A DNA stretch of 64,000 bases from Utricularia gibba (Eukaryota > Plantae > Magnoliophyta): contig NEEC01000002.1 in assembly GCA_002189035.1 (NCBI GenBank), positions 4,712,001-4,776,000 of the forward strand, in the 5' to 3' direction. Made by a program: the position numbers and the translations under genes. The notes beneath the pieces were generated by a model. It saw only the letters and a program-made list of their open reading frames with translations, was not told the origin of the DNA and made no database searches. Of the stretch, positions 35,032 to 48,967 are shown in pieces. Each line of letters begins with the position of its first letter. Positions within the stretch are counted from its first letter, which is position 1.

Positions 35032-36712
35032 TTGATGCATTTGCGTTCTTCTAGTGAAGGGGATCTTTTTTTCTATCCAGAAATCGAGAGAACTATTACC
35101 AAAAACCACACAAGAGTGAGAGAAGCAGCAAGGTTGAGTAGACTCCCTACTATTACTCAAGCTAATTTTATCATGGAAGAACAAGAGAATAGCCTAAATG
35201 AACTTGATGCAACTGACCATATGTACAAAGGGCTGTGTATAAGGTTTTCTGATGGCACAGTCAATGAATTAAAGCCAGCTATGATTAATTTTCTGCCCAA
35301 GTATTATGGAAAAGTGGATGAAAGCCCACATGAACATCTTGACAATGTGACTGTTGTTTGCACCTCTTTTAAGAGTGCTGGTATGACTGAAGATGCCATC
35401 TGTTTGAGGGCGTTCGAATTTACATTGGAAGGAAGTGCAAAAACGTGTTCAACTCTTTGAAGCCTGGGAGTATCACAGATTGGAGTGGTATGAAGAAAGT
35501 ATTGCTTAGCAAATATTTCCCTGCTTCAATGGCTGAAGGAATAAGGAAGGAAATAAGTGATATTAAGCAGTCAAATGCCGAATCTTTACATGAATTTTGG
35601 GAGCGTTTTTATCAACTACTAGGATCCTGTCCATACCACGGATTTCAGACCAATGCATTGATCAAGTATTTTTATGATGGACTTCTATGCACAAATAAAG
35701 CCATGGTGGATTCTACAGCAGGTGGGTTTTTGAGAAAAAGACTCCCACAGAAGCTCTTGCACTACTTGAGGAGTTGGCCAAGCACTCCAGACACATTATC
35801 AGAAAAAAGACCTCGAACAGAAGGGTTTATGAGCTGGAATGCAAGCCAAAGTCATTAGAAAGTGAGCTGATGAAAAATGTGGCAGCCATGTTTGATATGA
35901 TGAAGGGCTTATTTTTATTCCAAGCTAAGAATATGCCTTGTGGAAACTACCACAGGATAGAACACATTGTTGATAAATGTCCCGAATTAATGGAGGAAGA
36001 ACATGTGAAGGCAATGGGATATCTGGAGCCAGAAAGGAAGAAATATGATCCCTATTCGAGCACCTACAATTCTGGATGGAGGAATCATCCAAATTTCAGA
36101 TGGAGTAACAATGATAATTCTTATAAGGGTGAAAGTTCATCTGTTGGACATCAAGGATTTCAACAAAATTTCTAGGAGCAGCAGCAACGTTCTTATCAAG
36201 CTCCACCATTTCGCAAGCCAAACCAGCAGATGCAACAGCAATTTCAGCCTCCAAACTAGAATAATTCTGGAGGAAATTCTGGAAGTTCATTGGAGGATAT
36301 CCTGAAGACTTTGATGACCCAATCAATCAAAAGCCAAGCTGAGAACCAACAAGCTATCAAGAATTTGGAAATTCAAGTTACTCAGCTTACAATAGAGGTT
36401 GGGGAACTTAAGCAAAAAGAAAGTCTACCATCACAAGCCAAATAGAATCCCAACTTTGGGGGAGGACAAAACATCAGTACCATGACATTGAGAAGCAGAA
36501 AAGAAAAACCTGGAAGAGAATTAGTCCAACCTAAGAGTAATTTAGCGTTGGGAGAAGAGTATGAAGTTGTGTTGGAAGAAGATATTGAAGAAAAGGAGGT
36601 GGAGATTGCTATTGAACCTCTCGTGGTAAAAGTAACCCCACCACCATTTCCAAGAAGGCTGAAGGCAAGAGAGGAACAAAATGAGAGAAAAAATGTTGAG
36701 AGCCTTCGGTAA
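35032..36712 (+). pseudogene. Athila gag pseudogene with few frameshifts, truncated before the protease
   Basis: YPEIERT leader; ELKPAMINFLPKYYGKVDESPHEHL; LRAFEFTLEGSAK; QSNAESLHEFWERF; YDPYSSTYNSGWRNHPNFRW; Q-rich linker; TLRSRKE...PPPFPRRL. Frame changes near 35450 and 35730. Confidence 0.92.
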
Positions 36713-36849
36713 TACGCAATTAAATTTGACATAGGTAGAGTATATTGACTTGTTGTCGACTTATTACTGATGTATTAATATTTTTTTGAATTGTATATGG
36801 TTTAAATGTTCAGAATTCAAATTATTTTTTATTGAAAAAATCTTTAGGC

Positions 36850-37420
36850 TTATGACTCCAATGGAATTTTCAATCCATTAGCAATCTCTCCAGTCACACT
36901 TAAAAATGCTCAAATTTCTCAAATAAAACTTACATCAAGCCCAAAACTCCATGAAAACCTGTGCTGATCGAGCCCATTCTAAACACATCGTTCAAGCAGG
37001 TGACTTAGTTTATTTGAAGCAACCCTAGAGTCAAACGTCCATTGTCATCCAATGAAATTTGAAACTCTCATGCTAACAATTTGGACCCTATGCAATCTTG
37101 AAAAAAATTGGCTCACTTGCTTATCTGTTGTATTTTCTTGCTAACTCCAAAATCTATCTAGTTTTTCATGTCCCTTCTCAAAAAAAGTATAAGCCCCAAA
37201 ATTTCTCTCAATTCCCTAAACAGTCATTACGTTCTAGGTACTAAAATATTTACAGACAGGATTGAAGATATGGAACTAGGTGGCGTGTATAAGATCATCT
37301 TCCATTTCAATCGGATATGCCCCGACTTGTGGATCTGCCTTTCTCAAGTGTTCTAGCCCGCTTACCCATGTATTTTGATGATGAACAACCAATCTCACCC
37401 CATCTCGTATCTTGAATCGT
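36850..37420 (+). mobile_element. Ty3/gypsy integrase C-terminus (GPY/F), possibly with chromodomain, remnant
   Basis: QFGPYAILKKIGSLAYLL...SKIYLVFHVSLLKK. It is followed at 37770-37930 by sequence homologous to the LTR flanking 20484-21788. Confidence 0.7.
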
Positions 37421-40169
37421 AATCTCATCTCCTACCACTATCGTCCATGCCTTTAGTTCACCTCCGAGTATCCAAGTTGGAAAGACACTTCTTGGATACA
37501 ATATCATTTTCTTGACAGTGAGCCTTGGGGTCGACACTCTTGGGATCCATGAGGTAATGTAACGAAAAAAGATTTTCATTTTGCAAGTATACTGAAGGGA
37601 TTTGAAGAAGACAAAATAGACAAGGCAATCCAAGTCCAAGAAAGAGAAACACTTGATAATGCAATTGAAGTAACCTGACAATCAAAAGGTCCAAGGAAAT
37701 CCACCATAGTTAATTTTCTAAAATTGAATGTGGGAATTCAAGATTAAATCAAGTCAACGCAAATGGCAGTATAGCCCTCATTAAGTCTGAGAGTTTTGGC
37801 AAAAAGCTGTTTCACTATATTTATAGTTGTCATTCTTTACAAATATGTATTTTGGATGATATGGGAGACAGGCTATAAAATCAGTGTTTTCTTACCTTGT
37901 GGTACATTCTCCATTATCTTTCCCTCTTCTATAGCAACAAAATTCTCAGATGCTTTGCTCATGTATCTCAATGAAAGGCTTAAATAAAAATATAAAAAAA
38001 CGTGAGAACTTTCGTGTGTATACTTCACAATGATAGGTGAACTAGTATGATAGATCCCAGGAGAAAGCTTTGAAGGGAAGAGAAAATGATTGAAAAAATA
38101 CGCCTATTCCTACCTTAGAATGAAGAAAAAAAAGAGAGAGAAATATTTTTGTTTTTACAACATCCACCACAAGCATTCAAAGGGGTTTCTTCATAAATGA
38201 GAGACATCTAGAAAGAAGGAAGGGGAAGATTAAAGAGCTGGAAGGAGATAGAGGCATATCAACCCGCTTGCAGAATCAGATTTGTTCTAGGAACATTAGT
38301 TTGCACTAGGATTATTGTTTGAAAATTAGAACAAATTAGTAAACATTCTCTTAAAATTTCCTTCCATCCAGTTTTTGTTCATTTTTCTACTTTTAGATTT
38401 GTAACCATGGAAGTACCTTCATTATCATCTTATGTAGTCTCTTTATTCATATCTAATATGAGTGGTAGATTAGAGTAATACTTTAGGAAAAAGGGGTCAT
38501 TCATCTCATTGAATTCAAATCCATTCTAACTCAATTTGTATTTTCTTCTATTAACAAACATTGATAGATTTAGGAGAGAAAATGAAAACATCGAATTGAA
38601 GAAATATTACTTAAATACACCAAAGAGTTAGAAAATATTTAGTATTTAAGGTTTTAAGGTAGAAATCATGAGAATTGGATAGATTTATTCATATAATCAT
38701 TAAAATATGGGAGACCTTAGAATGGGGAGAATAGTGGAAAGGTTGGAACAAGAATGTAAGTTGGGAATCCTAAATTGAAAATTAAGAAAGAAGAAACTTG
38801 GGTAAATGTAAGCACCTCTATGATAGTTATACTTTTGAAAAGGTTGGAACAAGAATTTCATTGAGCACATATCCTTTGAAACACTAAGACATTACATTTT
38901 ATATATTGACGCTAATATTTGAGTTACCATGTTTATTACTTTTACATTATTGATTGCAATGCATGTTTTCTTAATTTTAGTTGAGGCTTAAAATTTATTG
39001 TCAAATCTAAATATATGAAAGTTAACTTAATAATCACTATGTTTGTCATGTTCAACTCTTATTCTACTATGATCAGAGTTGATTTGTATATAATTGAGAA
39101 TTAGAATTTACAAATTTATTTAGTTGATTTTGTGTCTTATAATTGTTCTTAAATAGCATTAAGTTAATATAATGCATTCAGAACTTGTGAAAGTAAATGA
39201 GTTATAAAGCTTTATACACACACATAAGTATAAGTTTTTACATTAATAAAGTGTTATTCTGAATAAAATATTATTATTTGATATTCTTCATTTATTTTTA
39301 TTTTTTAAAAAATAATTAATTACCTATTAATATAATTTTATTTATTATTTGGATATTTTACGTGAACTTACAAAATTATCATCAATACAACAACAATTTA
39401 AATTATAGTGATTGAGCATTAAATAAGTTTAATTGTATCAAATAAATTGATATTTTTTAATTTTCCAATAACTTCTCTAGACTACAAAGGATAATATAAA
39501 TGTTGATTAAAAAAATAAAGATAATATAATTATTCCAAATTATTAATAAATACATAATGCAATGAAGTTTAAAAGAAACAGTCTATTATTGGTATTAATT
39601 TTTCTGTCTCTGAAACGATTGGATTATGTATTTTTAAATTTTACATAATTATATTTCCAATTGATCATATCTCAATTAAATTGTCCAAAACTCATTATGT
39701 GGACAATGTTACAATAGTAAGGATAAAGTAGCATTTTTAGCACGAGGTAGCCATGGGCACGAGTCTATACTCAATGAGTCATGAGTCGAACTTGACAAGT
39801 TAAGTGAAAAAATATAATTCGTCGAGTCATGAGTTAATGAGTTGAACACTTGGACTTCACTCGTATTACAAGTTGGCCCAAGTTGCTTATTTAACATACA
39901 AGAACTGCATGCATGATACTTATTTTTTGTAACAATTCGTCAAGGTAGTAGTACTATACAATACCGTGTGTGCACTAAATAGATGCTTGTCATAAGTTGC
40001 GTAGAATAATAGTGATATATAACATATGCGTTAATTGGTGCTCGTTATAATTTATGAGTTGACTTGGGTCAAAATCAAATATCAAATAATTGATTTGACT
40101 CGCACTTGTTGAATACGAATACGAATAAGAGTCATCATATCGGGTGGCTCATTTGAGTACACGATGATT

Positions 40170-40420
40170 CGGGAAGGATGGTGAAAGGAGAGAAATGGAC
40201 ACCTAAGTCATGGGCCATTTTGAATTCATAAAGTCCCCATGACAGATGTATAACATACCAGGATTTCCCTTTTCCATCATGAATGCGTGTCAACATGGTT
40301 TGTCATAGAAGTCAGCTTCTTTAAAATGAGGGTATCTCAAATTTGGTTTGAATCCATCAAATCCGAGTAACATGGATCAAAAGGTGCATACACTTTCAAA
40401 AATCAAAGACGGGTATTATT
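40170..40420 (-). mobile_element. LINE (L1) endonuclease remnant
   Basis: Minus-strand FLKVYAP and, after a frame change, YICHGDFMN resemble the APE motifs VYAP and GDFN. Short and degenerate. Confidence 0.45.
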
Positions 40421-40440
40421 TTCCAATCCAATATGATGTG

Positions 40441-41747
40441 TATTAAGTGTCATTTTCTAGTTATTTATTAGGCATTATTCGGTGTTAATCTAGTAGTAAG
40501 TTGCTCAAATTAGGAGTCTTATTATTAAGTATTTGATTTTTATTAAAAAATTTCTATTTTCCTATTTTGTATATATTTTCTGTCTTTTTTCTCACATTTT
40601 GACTGAGACATGTCAAGAGACTGTCATGGAGTGTTGCAGGAGTATTGTAGGTGGTTAGAGTTTGAGTTTTCGTGCCTTGTATGGGACATGGAACAATTGT
40701 GGGCGGAAAACTGACACTGGTCAAGGTCCCTCACTTACAGCATGTTAGAGTCTGCAGTAATGATTAGGCGCTAACTTGCACGCAAAGGAAAGCTGCTGGC
40801 GCACGCAAGACAAAAGGAATGATGGGAAGGAGACCCAAAGAAGTTAATGCATGAGGGGAATGATATAAAAGCAACTTGGAGCACTTAGTTTCGGACTTTT
40901 GGACTTTAGTCTTTGTATTTAGAACTTTTGAGTTCTTCATCCCCTCCAAGGAGGAAGAACACTTAGCTTCCTTTTCGTTTCGGTTTCCATGGCCCTTTGT
41001 GGCTAAAACCCTTTAAATTCCGGTAGAAGATGAAGTTTCCTTCCAAGTCTTGAGCAATACACTCGGTTTTTCACTGAATTCAATTCAGTTTCGCATACTT
41101 CCACGCTTCTTGTCGTAGTCTTTCTGTAATGACTCCTAGTCAAGGTCCATGAGTAGCAGGCCACTCCTCACGGATTTTTGTGAAGATCAAGGTGAAGAGC
41201 ACCAACTCCAACCCTACCGGTTCGAGGGAAGTAGTAGATTGTTTGTGGCCTAGGTACCGCGACGGTGGACAGGTTGTGACCTCGTACTTGACATTGGCCA
41301 TTGGCAACAGCTGGGCACATGCACGCAATTCGGTTTTGAAGACAATCAAAGGCAATCCTCTTGTCTTCCTAATCGTCCAAGGGGGAATCACATGAGGCCA
41401 TTCCCGTGCCTCCTTGTCAATCAGAGTAAGGGAGAGTAAGCTATTCTTTGCTTCTATGACCAGCTTTTTGGAAGAAATCAGTGAAAGCCGAGGAAAGGAC
41501 GAACAAAGGAAGGAGACAGAATCTCATTCCCAGGAACTGCATACCGTAGTCAAGGCTCATCACTTAGATTGTAACTTTTATTTCTGCATCTTAAAAACCC
41601 CGTTTTGCAAAACCATGACATTATTTGAAAGTTTCTTAAAAACACTTTTCATGGAAAACAACTTCCTGAGATTGATACTCGTACCACGCTTTTTGTGTTT
41701 TATGTTTTATAAATATTTAAAATTTTTTGAGGAAACGACACACAATA
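40441..41747 (+). mobile_element. Family B solo LTR (1307 bp, longest copy)
   Basis: TATTAAGTG...CACAATA (TG>TA and CA>TA termini), TSD ATGTG/GTGTG. Collinear with 5562-6505. Confidence 0.88.
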
Positions 41748-41956
41748 GTGTGTTTACTCTCCCCACTATTTAGTAAACATGGTATATTTAGTCTCCATTA
41801 ATAGTATTCAATTTATCCATTATTATGTGACGTAATGAAGAACATTAGTTTCCGATATTTTTTATTTAATCCATACTATTTGAAAATCGAATATATTTCA
41901 TCTCTAATATTTTAATATTTAGGAAAATTAATTTATGATCATTGTCGACGGTACAC

Positions 41957-42540
41957 CTAGGCATGGGTACGGTCAACTCGTGTTAGCCGCAAGTCAACCT
42001 GCATGGAATGGTTACGAGTTACTCGTACTCATGAAAAACAAGTACGAGTCGAGTCAGTGATTTTTGACTCGGTGAGTTACTCGAATAGCTCATGAAAAAA
42101 TGAATGATTTGTAGTTAAGATTATTCATTTCTTAATTTCTATTTTATATCTTTTTATTTAATATTAATAATTTGATACTAATTAATTTTGCCTATATTAT
42201 ATACCATCAATCTCAAATATCGTAAAAAATGAGGGAAAACTTTATTAAAGTTTTTGAAATTGAATATTTAATGATTAAATAGATCATATACAAATAAAAA
42301 TATCCCTATATAACAAAAAAAGTAACTGAAAAATAGAATAATTATTTAAAAAAAAATAAAATAAAACACGGGTTGATGAGTCCATACTTAGGTCAAGTCA
42401 ACGAGTTGACAAGTAACGAGTCAACTTGGGTATGATATGATTTGGAGATCAAAGCCCGTCAACTCATTGACTCATGAACTCGTAATAGAGCCATAACTTG
42501 ACGAGTCCAACTCGTTACTCGTCAAGTCACAACTCGTAAT
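41957..42540. repeat. hAT-like non-autonomous element remnant rich in ACTCG/CGAGT subterminal motifs (related copy at 39745-39890)
   Basis: Both copies start TAG(G/C)CATGGG(T/C)ACG and carry dense clusters of GACTC/AACTCG/CGAGT around an AT-rich core. Confidence 0.45.
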
Positions 42541-43103
42541 TTTTCCATTATTTTTTTTTATTTTTTTGTGTATTTTAGTAGAAAAATATCAAATTTTTGG
42601 TTAATCAATCGGACCAACGTAGGAGTCTCAAAAAAACCAATGAATTGATGGGCGAAATGGTTTCTTTTAAGTTGGACGTGTAAAATTATAATGCAGAAAT
42701 ATCTGATCTCTAGTTAATTAATGGAACCCATGAATCCACTAAATTTCAAAAAAGGATTATGTTGTTGCATTAGCCATTACATTTTAGAACAAGCGTATTG
42801 GGCTTGCAGACTTCAACTCCTTACTCTTCATTTTGGAAAGCATGTCCGGTCGGATTAAAAAAAACCTGAACTAGGAAAAGATAAGATCAACTGGGCATTC
42901 AATGTTCAGATTGGTTGGCCGTCTTCGAGCACAAGGCCACACGTGGCCGAGGACGTGTCTCCGACTACGCCGTACTTTGAAGTCAGCAACACGTTGGGAA
43001 GTCGATGCTTTTCATCCTACATTGTTATACATTCACAGACGCCATGCGACCACTGCATCATTCAGTTTGAAGAAGAAGAAGAAGAAGCCCGAAGGAACAA
43101 GAA

Positions 43104-44085
43104 TGTTGCGTGTCGTTTCCTAAACAAATTTTAAATGTATAAAACGTAAAACACAAAAGAACATAGTACGAGTATCAATCTCAGGTAGTTGTTTTTCTTG
43201 AAAAGTATTTTGCAAGAAACTTCAACAAAATGTCACGGTTTTGTAAAAGGGGGTTTTTGAAACGCAGAAATAAAAGTTACAACCTAAGTGATGGGCTTTG
43301 ACTATAGTACGCAGTTCCTGAGAATGAGATTCCGTCTCCTTCCTTTTTCTATCATTGCCTCGCTTTTTACTGATTTCTTCCGAAAAGCTGGTAATAAGAG
43401 AGAGGAATAGCCACTTATGGACTTTGACTAGGAGTCGTTACAATGAATTCAACGAAGAACCGAGTGTATCGCTCAGGACTTGGAAGGAAACTTCATCTTT
43501 TCCCAAAAACTAAAAGGTTTTAGCTACAAAGGGCCATGAAAAATGAAATGAAATTTGAAGCTAAGTGTTCTTCCCCCGTGGAGGGGAGGAAGAACTCAAA
43601 AGTTTTAAGTCTAAAAAAGAAATGGCAAAAGTTTGAAACTAAGTGTTCCAAGTTACTTTTATATCACTTCCCACGTGCGTTAACTCCTTTGGTCCCCTTC
43701 CCATCATTTCTTCTGTCTTGCATGCACCAGCAGCTTTCCTTTGTGTGCAAGTTAGCGCCCAATCATTTCTGTAGATTCTAAAATGCCGTAAGTCAGGGGC
43801 ATTGACCAATGTCAGTCTTCCGCTCACAATCGTTCCAAGTCACGTACAAGGCACAAAAAGTCATAGTCTAACCTCTTGCAATACTCTTGCAACACTCCAC
43901 GGCTGCCTCCTAACATGTTTCGATCAAAGTGTGCGAAAAAGACAAAGAAAACCTATACAAAATAAGAAAATAAGATTTTTCTAAGGAAATATAATATTTA
44001 TAAATATAAATCCTAAAATGGGCAATTTAACACTAGATTAATACATAATAATACCTAATAATAAACTAGAAAATAACACTTAATA
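43104..44085 (-). mobile_element. Family B LTR (982 bp), no TSD
   Basis: Plus strand TGTTGCGTGTCGTTTCC...AACACTTAATA is the reverse complement of family B. Flanks AAGAA/GATTA do not match; no PBS or PPT is adjacent. Confidence 0.88.
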
Positions 44086-44479
44086 GATTAGTAGCAAAAT
44101 CAGACTTACAAACATGTGGAATAAGTAGGAAAGGGCACAACATCCAAAGAGAGACAAAGAGCAATGTTTTGCCGCTTGCATTCTGTAAGTTCACTTTTGT
44201 TGCAGTATTTGTGTAACGACTCCTAATCAAATGATTTAGTCCACTTTTCAACATGAATGTGAAATTAGCATAAACAACATATAAAACGTGATAAACCACA
44301 TATACCTAACCTAAACCACAATAAAACTTAACTATTTTGTATTATAAAATTTAAAGAAAGTGTGTGTCATCATTAGTATATCAAGGAATTGCTTTTCTAA
44401 ATCCACTCGATGGTTGGATTTTGATACTGTTTGATTCTATAGAAACCTTGGATCTTTGGCCAATGATATGATTTCATAA

Positions 44480-44700
44480 GTTTTGAATGCAGAAAGGGTT
44501 TCTAAAAGTGAGTTTTTTCAGACATTTGTCTTGCTACTTTTAAGTGATTTGTGGTGCAGAATGCTATGATTTATTTAAAAACCTTTGGGGAAGTTGTGGA
44601 CATTTACTTCTTTATGTCAAACATACTTTGAGACAACTCCTTATGGAATAACAGCCATCATATGGTTCAAGGTTGAGGAAATGAAAGAAAATGTTTGAGG
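44480..44700 (+). mobile_element. Possible LINE ORF1 (RRM) remnant
   Basis: YLKTFGEVVDIYF resembles the F..FG.VVDVYIP RNP region of plant L1 ORF1. Single motif only. Confidence 0.3.
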
Positions 44701-45192
44701 GGCTGAAATCTAGTGAGTTTGGTGAAAGGGGTGGCTCCTTTTGATCGATTTCATGAGGTGAAGGCTAAAAAAATCTCTTAATCTTCAATTTATAAGGTTG
44801 CTAGACTGAGGTTACTGAGAATAAGAGGGTGTGCCCATGCACATAAATGATGATATAGCTAATAGATTCATATATGCTAAATGTTTCATGTTTTATGTGT
44901 TTCTTTCGTGCATGGTTTTTCATTGGGATGATATTAATGTCTCTACATACTTCTCTTATTATTTCAATGTGTTGCAGTGCGTGATTGCTAAAAACCATTT
45001 CAGGTGAAAAGCGGGAGAGGAAGGAATAGGAGGTGTAATCCAAGTCTTAGAGTAAGAAGTCGTGAGGCCAAACTTTTTGGGTGTTTTTTGAACGCGTGCT
45101 TGCAAGTGTTGACGGGACTGGTGGTGGTTTTAAAATTGATGTCACGTTCACATTTTTTGTGTGATGGTGAACTTAGGTAGCTTTGTGTGGGG

Positions 45193-46283
45193 TCATGAAC
45201 TGAAATTTTGCTTGTTACTCAATTACTAATTTCCATATTAAATATATTTATAAACCCAATTCAATCACAAGCGTTTGAAACACAAAGTGTATCATTGTAT
45301 AATTAGGGTCGATCACAAGAAGCAAATACTTGCTATGTGTTTTACCAGATATAAGATCATATAATAAATTTTACTCAATCTAAGATCAAACTAACAATGG
45401 CACGCAAATTCAGTAATTATAATAAGACCACAATTTAGAAGCTAACAAATACTGAGTGAATACTCAAAATAGAACTATGATGCATCCAGGTAGTTCAGAT
45501 GCTGAGATACTCAAGTTCCTAATGTATTTGCACATTCTAAATAACCTATGTTTACCCAGGCTGTTGCTCATATTTTCGACTAAAGTAGTTTCTAATGTTT
45601 TAACCATTTCACACTTAGATCTACCAATGTGTAAAATATGTAAAACTAGAGCTATTTGATTTTATTTGTTCCACCCAATCCTACCTATTATTCTCTTCTT
45701 GATTAGTTGGTCTACCTTTGAATAAAGCGTCTAAATTGCAATGTTGTTCAGTTCCTCTCTTAGATCTACTCGAGTAATATTAGAAACGAATTGCTAATAT
45801 ACTCAATTGTAGATTATTTGGTACTAAACTACATCACCCTTAGACATCTTAAGGCATTCCTAAAATCCAGTCCATCTTATTTATTAATTAAAGTATGATT
45901 TCATAAACATAAGAAAATATCTTAAACATTATAGAGAAAGCAATTGCAAAGATAAAACATTCAACAAACTAAAAATAAAGTCAAGTAAGTCCTATTCTCT
46001 ATCTAATATTGTTTACTCTCTAAAATAGTAGCATTGAACTGGATTTCCAATAGTCATTCTTCAAATCAGAGGTTCGTCTAAAGAAATTTTCTTCTTCTTA
46101 CTTCCTTTCTTGTTCTAGACGTTGTATGTCGAAGTTCTTCTTTGTGGTTTCTCTCCCTTCCAAAATATTTCCCTATCTCCTTTTCCTTAAAGTTTGGCAA
46201 AACACTTAAAATCATATGATAAACATTCAAAACATAATTAAAAAGTTATAATTTTTATAAATATGAAAATTTGTGTGTTATTA
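45193..46283 (-). mobile_element. Family A solo LTR (1091 bp, diverged)
   Basis: Starts TCATGAACTGAAATT (vs TGATAAACGGAAATT) and ends AAATTTGTGTGTTATTA (vs AAATTTGTGTGCTATCA). TSD TGGGG/TGGGA. GGGTCGATCACAAGAAGC block. Confidence 0.8.
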
Positions 46284-47120
46284 TGGGATTGTGACTTTAG
46301 AGTGGTAAAGTTGCTTATCTCATTTATGATCAAAGGTTGAAGTCTTAAGCTCATATTAAAGTTTTATACAAGGTAATACTAAGATGTTATGGACTTATGG
46401 TTCTTTTTTAAATCATGGCATCAAGGCTTGAATCCACAAAAAAATGGATTTAAGCCTTAACAAATTACACTTGTAAATCAACTCATTTTGCATTTCTCAT
46501 TATATCAGATAAATTTCTGGTATATCTTCCATCATATTCATCATTTATGCAATTAGGATTATTAGATAAGTGAGTATTAGTTTCACTATTCACATTATCA
46601 TCTATATCTTGATTCACTATTGCTCCATATGTCCAAGTATCAAATTTGCATTCTGGTTTTGTTTTGTCCCTAGCACATATTAGAATCATCAAATTCATTA
46701 ATGTATAGTTTCTATCTTCATCAAAGGTAATATTCAGATTGATAATCATTTTTCATACTTGGAAATTTTCATCAAGTTTTGTTCTTTTTATTTACAAGTA
46801 TATGAACAATGCTCAAGATTCCAAAGATTTTAAAGAGTCCCTTGATTACATATAATTGTTAGTTATTTTTCTTTCAAGTATTAGTTAAGTTTTACAATGA
46901 AAATCATGATTTTTTTATTTCAATTTCGGTATCTTTGAAAATGTTTATGCAACTTTCAACTTTTGCTCAAGATTGAGATTAAACTAATGATTTTACTCTA
47001 AATTTTGGTCTAACCACATCTCAAGAACTTTACATGTAGTTGAGTTTATCATAAAAAGAATGGAAGAAGATGGGATAAAATACAAATCAAACAATAGGGA
47101 GATGCAAAAGAAGACGATAT

Positions 47121-47220
47121 ATTTTTCTGATCATATAAATATACTATAATCTTAGATAATATTTTTATGATCATATGAATATACTATAATCTTAGATAAT
47201 ATTTTTCTGATCATATGAAT
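47121..47220. repeat. 40-bp tandem repeat, 2.5 copies (plus a partial copy at about 47267-47295)
   Basis: ATTTTT(C/A)TGATCATAT(A/G)AATATACTATAATCTTAGATAAT at 47121 and 47161, partial at 47201. Confidence 0.92.
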
Positions 47221-48229
47221 GTAGTTAGAAGTAAATTAATAACATATTACTTAACTTTCCTTATTCTGAATATACTATAATCTTAGATAATATTTATTTT
47301 TTGTTTGGTAGACTAGGATTATGAACAAGCCTTTAATATAGTTCTATATGGTTTGCATTTAGCATGATTAGCTAAATAAAACATGCACCCAGAGTAGAAA
47401 CAGGCAGGATTGCTCATTACTTTCTAGTTCTCTATAATCGTTTCTATTCATTTTTTCTTATCAAATCCGTATAGATGTTGGAGAGGAAAGATTGACACAT
47501 GTTCTTAATAGAGTTAGAATAAGTATAGTGATAAACATAGCTTCCCAAACATTTTAAGGCATCACATTTATTTACTTTGAAATGCATATAATGGGAAACA
47601 TATTTTTTCCTTATCTTATTGTTCATGTTATATTAGTCTTATCTTAGATTTAATATACTATCGTAAAAAACAAAAAATGCATTAACTTTAATGTAACAAG
47701 TGGTGAGCTCCTTATATTCAACTCTAATTCCATTATACCCTCACATAGAATATTTATGTGATTAAGAATTGGGCTTTCTAAATTTATTTGGTTATTTAGC
47801 AATAATACAATTCCGTTTATCATCTTTCTTGTCTTTTTTTCCCCATCACAGTCCATGGATAACTTTTCCTTTTAGTACCTTGTAGGTAGCATGTTTAATT
47901 CGTATACAAAAATGATTGTAGCATTTGTATATAGATGTAGAAGTATATTATTATCAAATAACAAGTATTTTATCATTATAAAATGGTTATGTTTTTCCTT
48001 TTAATGATCCCATTTTGTTTTAGTGAATAAGGTAAAATAAAATGTATATAATATTTTAACTTTTACAAAAGTATTTAAGAAATCATGAATATATTCATTC
48101 CATTTATCAGATTTTAGTAGCTTGTTTTTTTTTACTCACTTTGCCTAAATATGATAGCTTTGGATTTTTAGAAAATCTCATAAGTTTGAACTTTAGAACC
48201 TAAAAAAATAAATTTAATAGAATCATGTA

Positions 48230-48960
48230 AAATCATTAATAAATATAACAAAATACTTACTTCCCCTTGATGATGATTGAAAGGTCTGTAAACATCTGCA
48301 TGAACCAACTCTAATTTTTCAATAGTTTAGAAATGTTGAATTCTAGTGATCTCTTGGTTTATTTTCCCTTTACACAGTTGATGCAAACATGATCAACAAA
48401 ATTTACATTTTTGAGCTCACTAGATGATCTATTTTGATGTAAGATTTTTAGGTTTCACATTGTAATGTCCAAATCTTTAGTGCCAAACTGCACGCTCTTG
48501 ATTTACTTGTATTATAGAGTCCTTTAGTTTGCATACATGAATCTTGAGAAGTTTTTTTGATACTAAGTTTGCTGAAAAACTGATTTTCATGTTTTTGGTA
48601 TGGATAAGTTGCTCAAAATTGATTATGTTTTGGCTTATGCAAGGGTAGTTATGTACATCAAATAAAATCAATAGCTTTCTGCTGACAAGTATAACAATAG
48701 TTTATGTTTCAATGATTTCAAATACTCCCCCATTGAGTTTAAGAAATCCTTCTTTTATATGTTTTTAAATTTATGAATAAGCTTGAGTTTGTTAAATGAT
48801 TTAAGGTACCATAATTCAAGAATGAAACCTTTTCATTTAAATAAATTGCTATTAGAGAAAATTCAAAATCACATGAATCTTTCCAATCCATTTAACATTC
48901 TCCTTCATAGTAGGTATTGTTCACATTTTTTATTTGTTGAATCGTAAGTCTTTCTTTTTT
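48230..48960 (-). mobile_element. Ty1/copia remnant: protease, GAG-pre-integrase and integrase start
   Basis: FILNYGTLNHL (vs W.LDSGASNHM); LFDVHNYPCISQNII; VWH*RFGH...CINCVKGK; KLELVHADV..P...GSKYF, in copia order. Confidence 0.7.
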
Positions 48961-48967
48961 TGTTGAT

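Noticed and set aside
38030-39075. LTR-like segment ending near TATGATCAGAGT (possible iMet PBS)
   Set aside because: Only 8/12 PBS match, no TSD, and no coding sequence follows; left unannotated.
46483-46749. 88-aa Asn/Asp-rich minus-strand ORF, vaguely like an hAT/ZMYM-type N-terminus
   Set aside because: No diagnostic motif; compatible with a chance ORF in AT-rich DNA.
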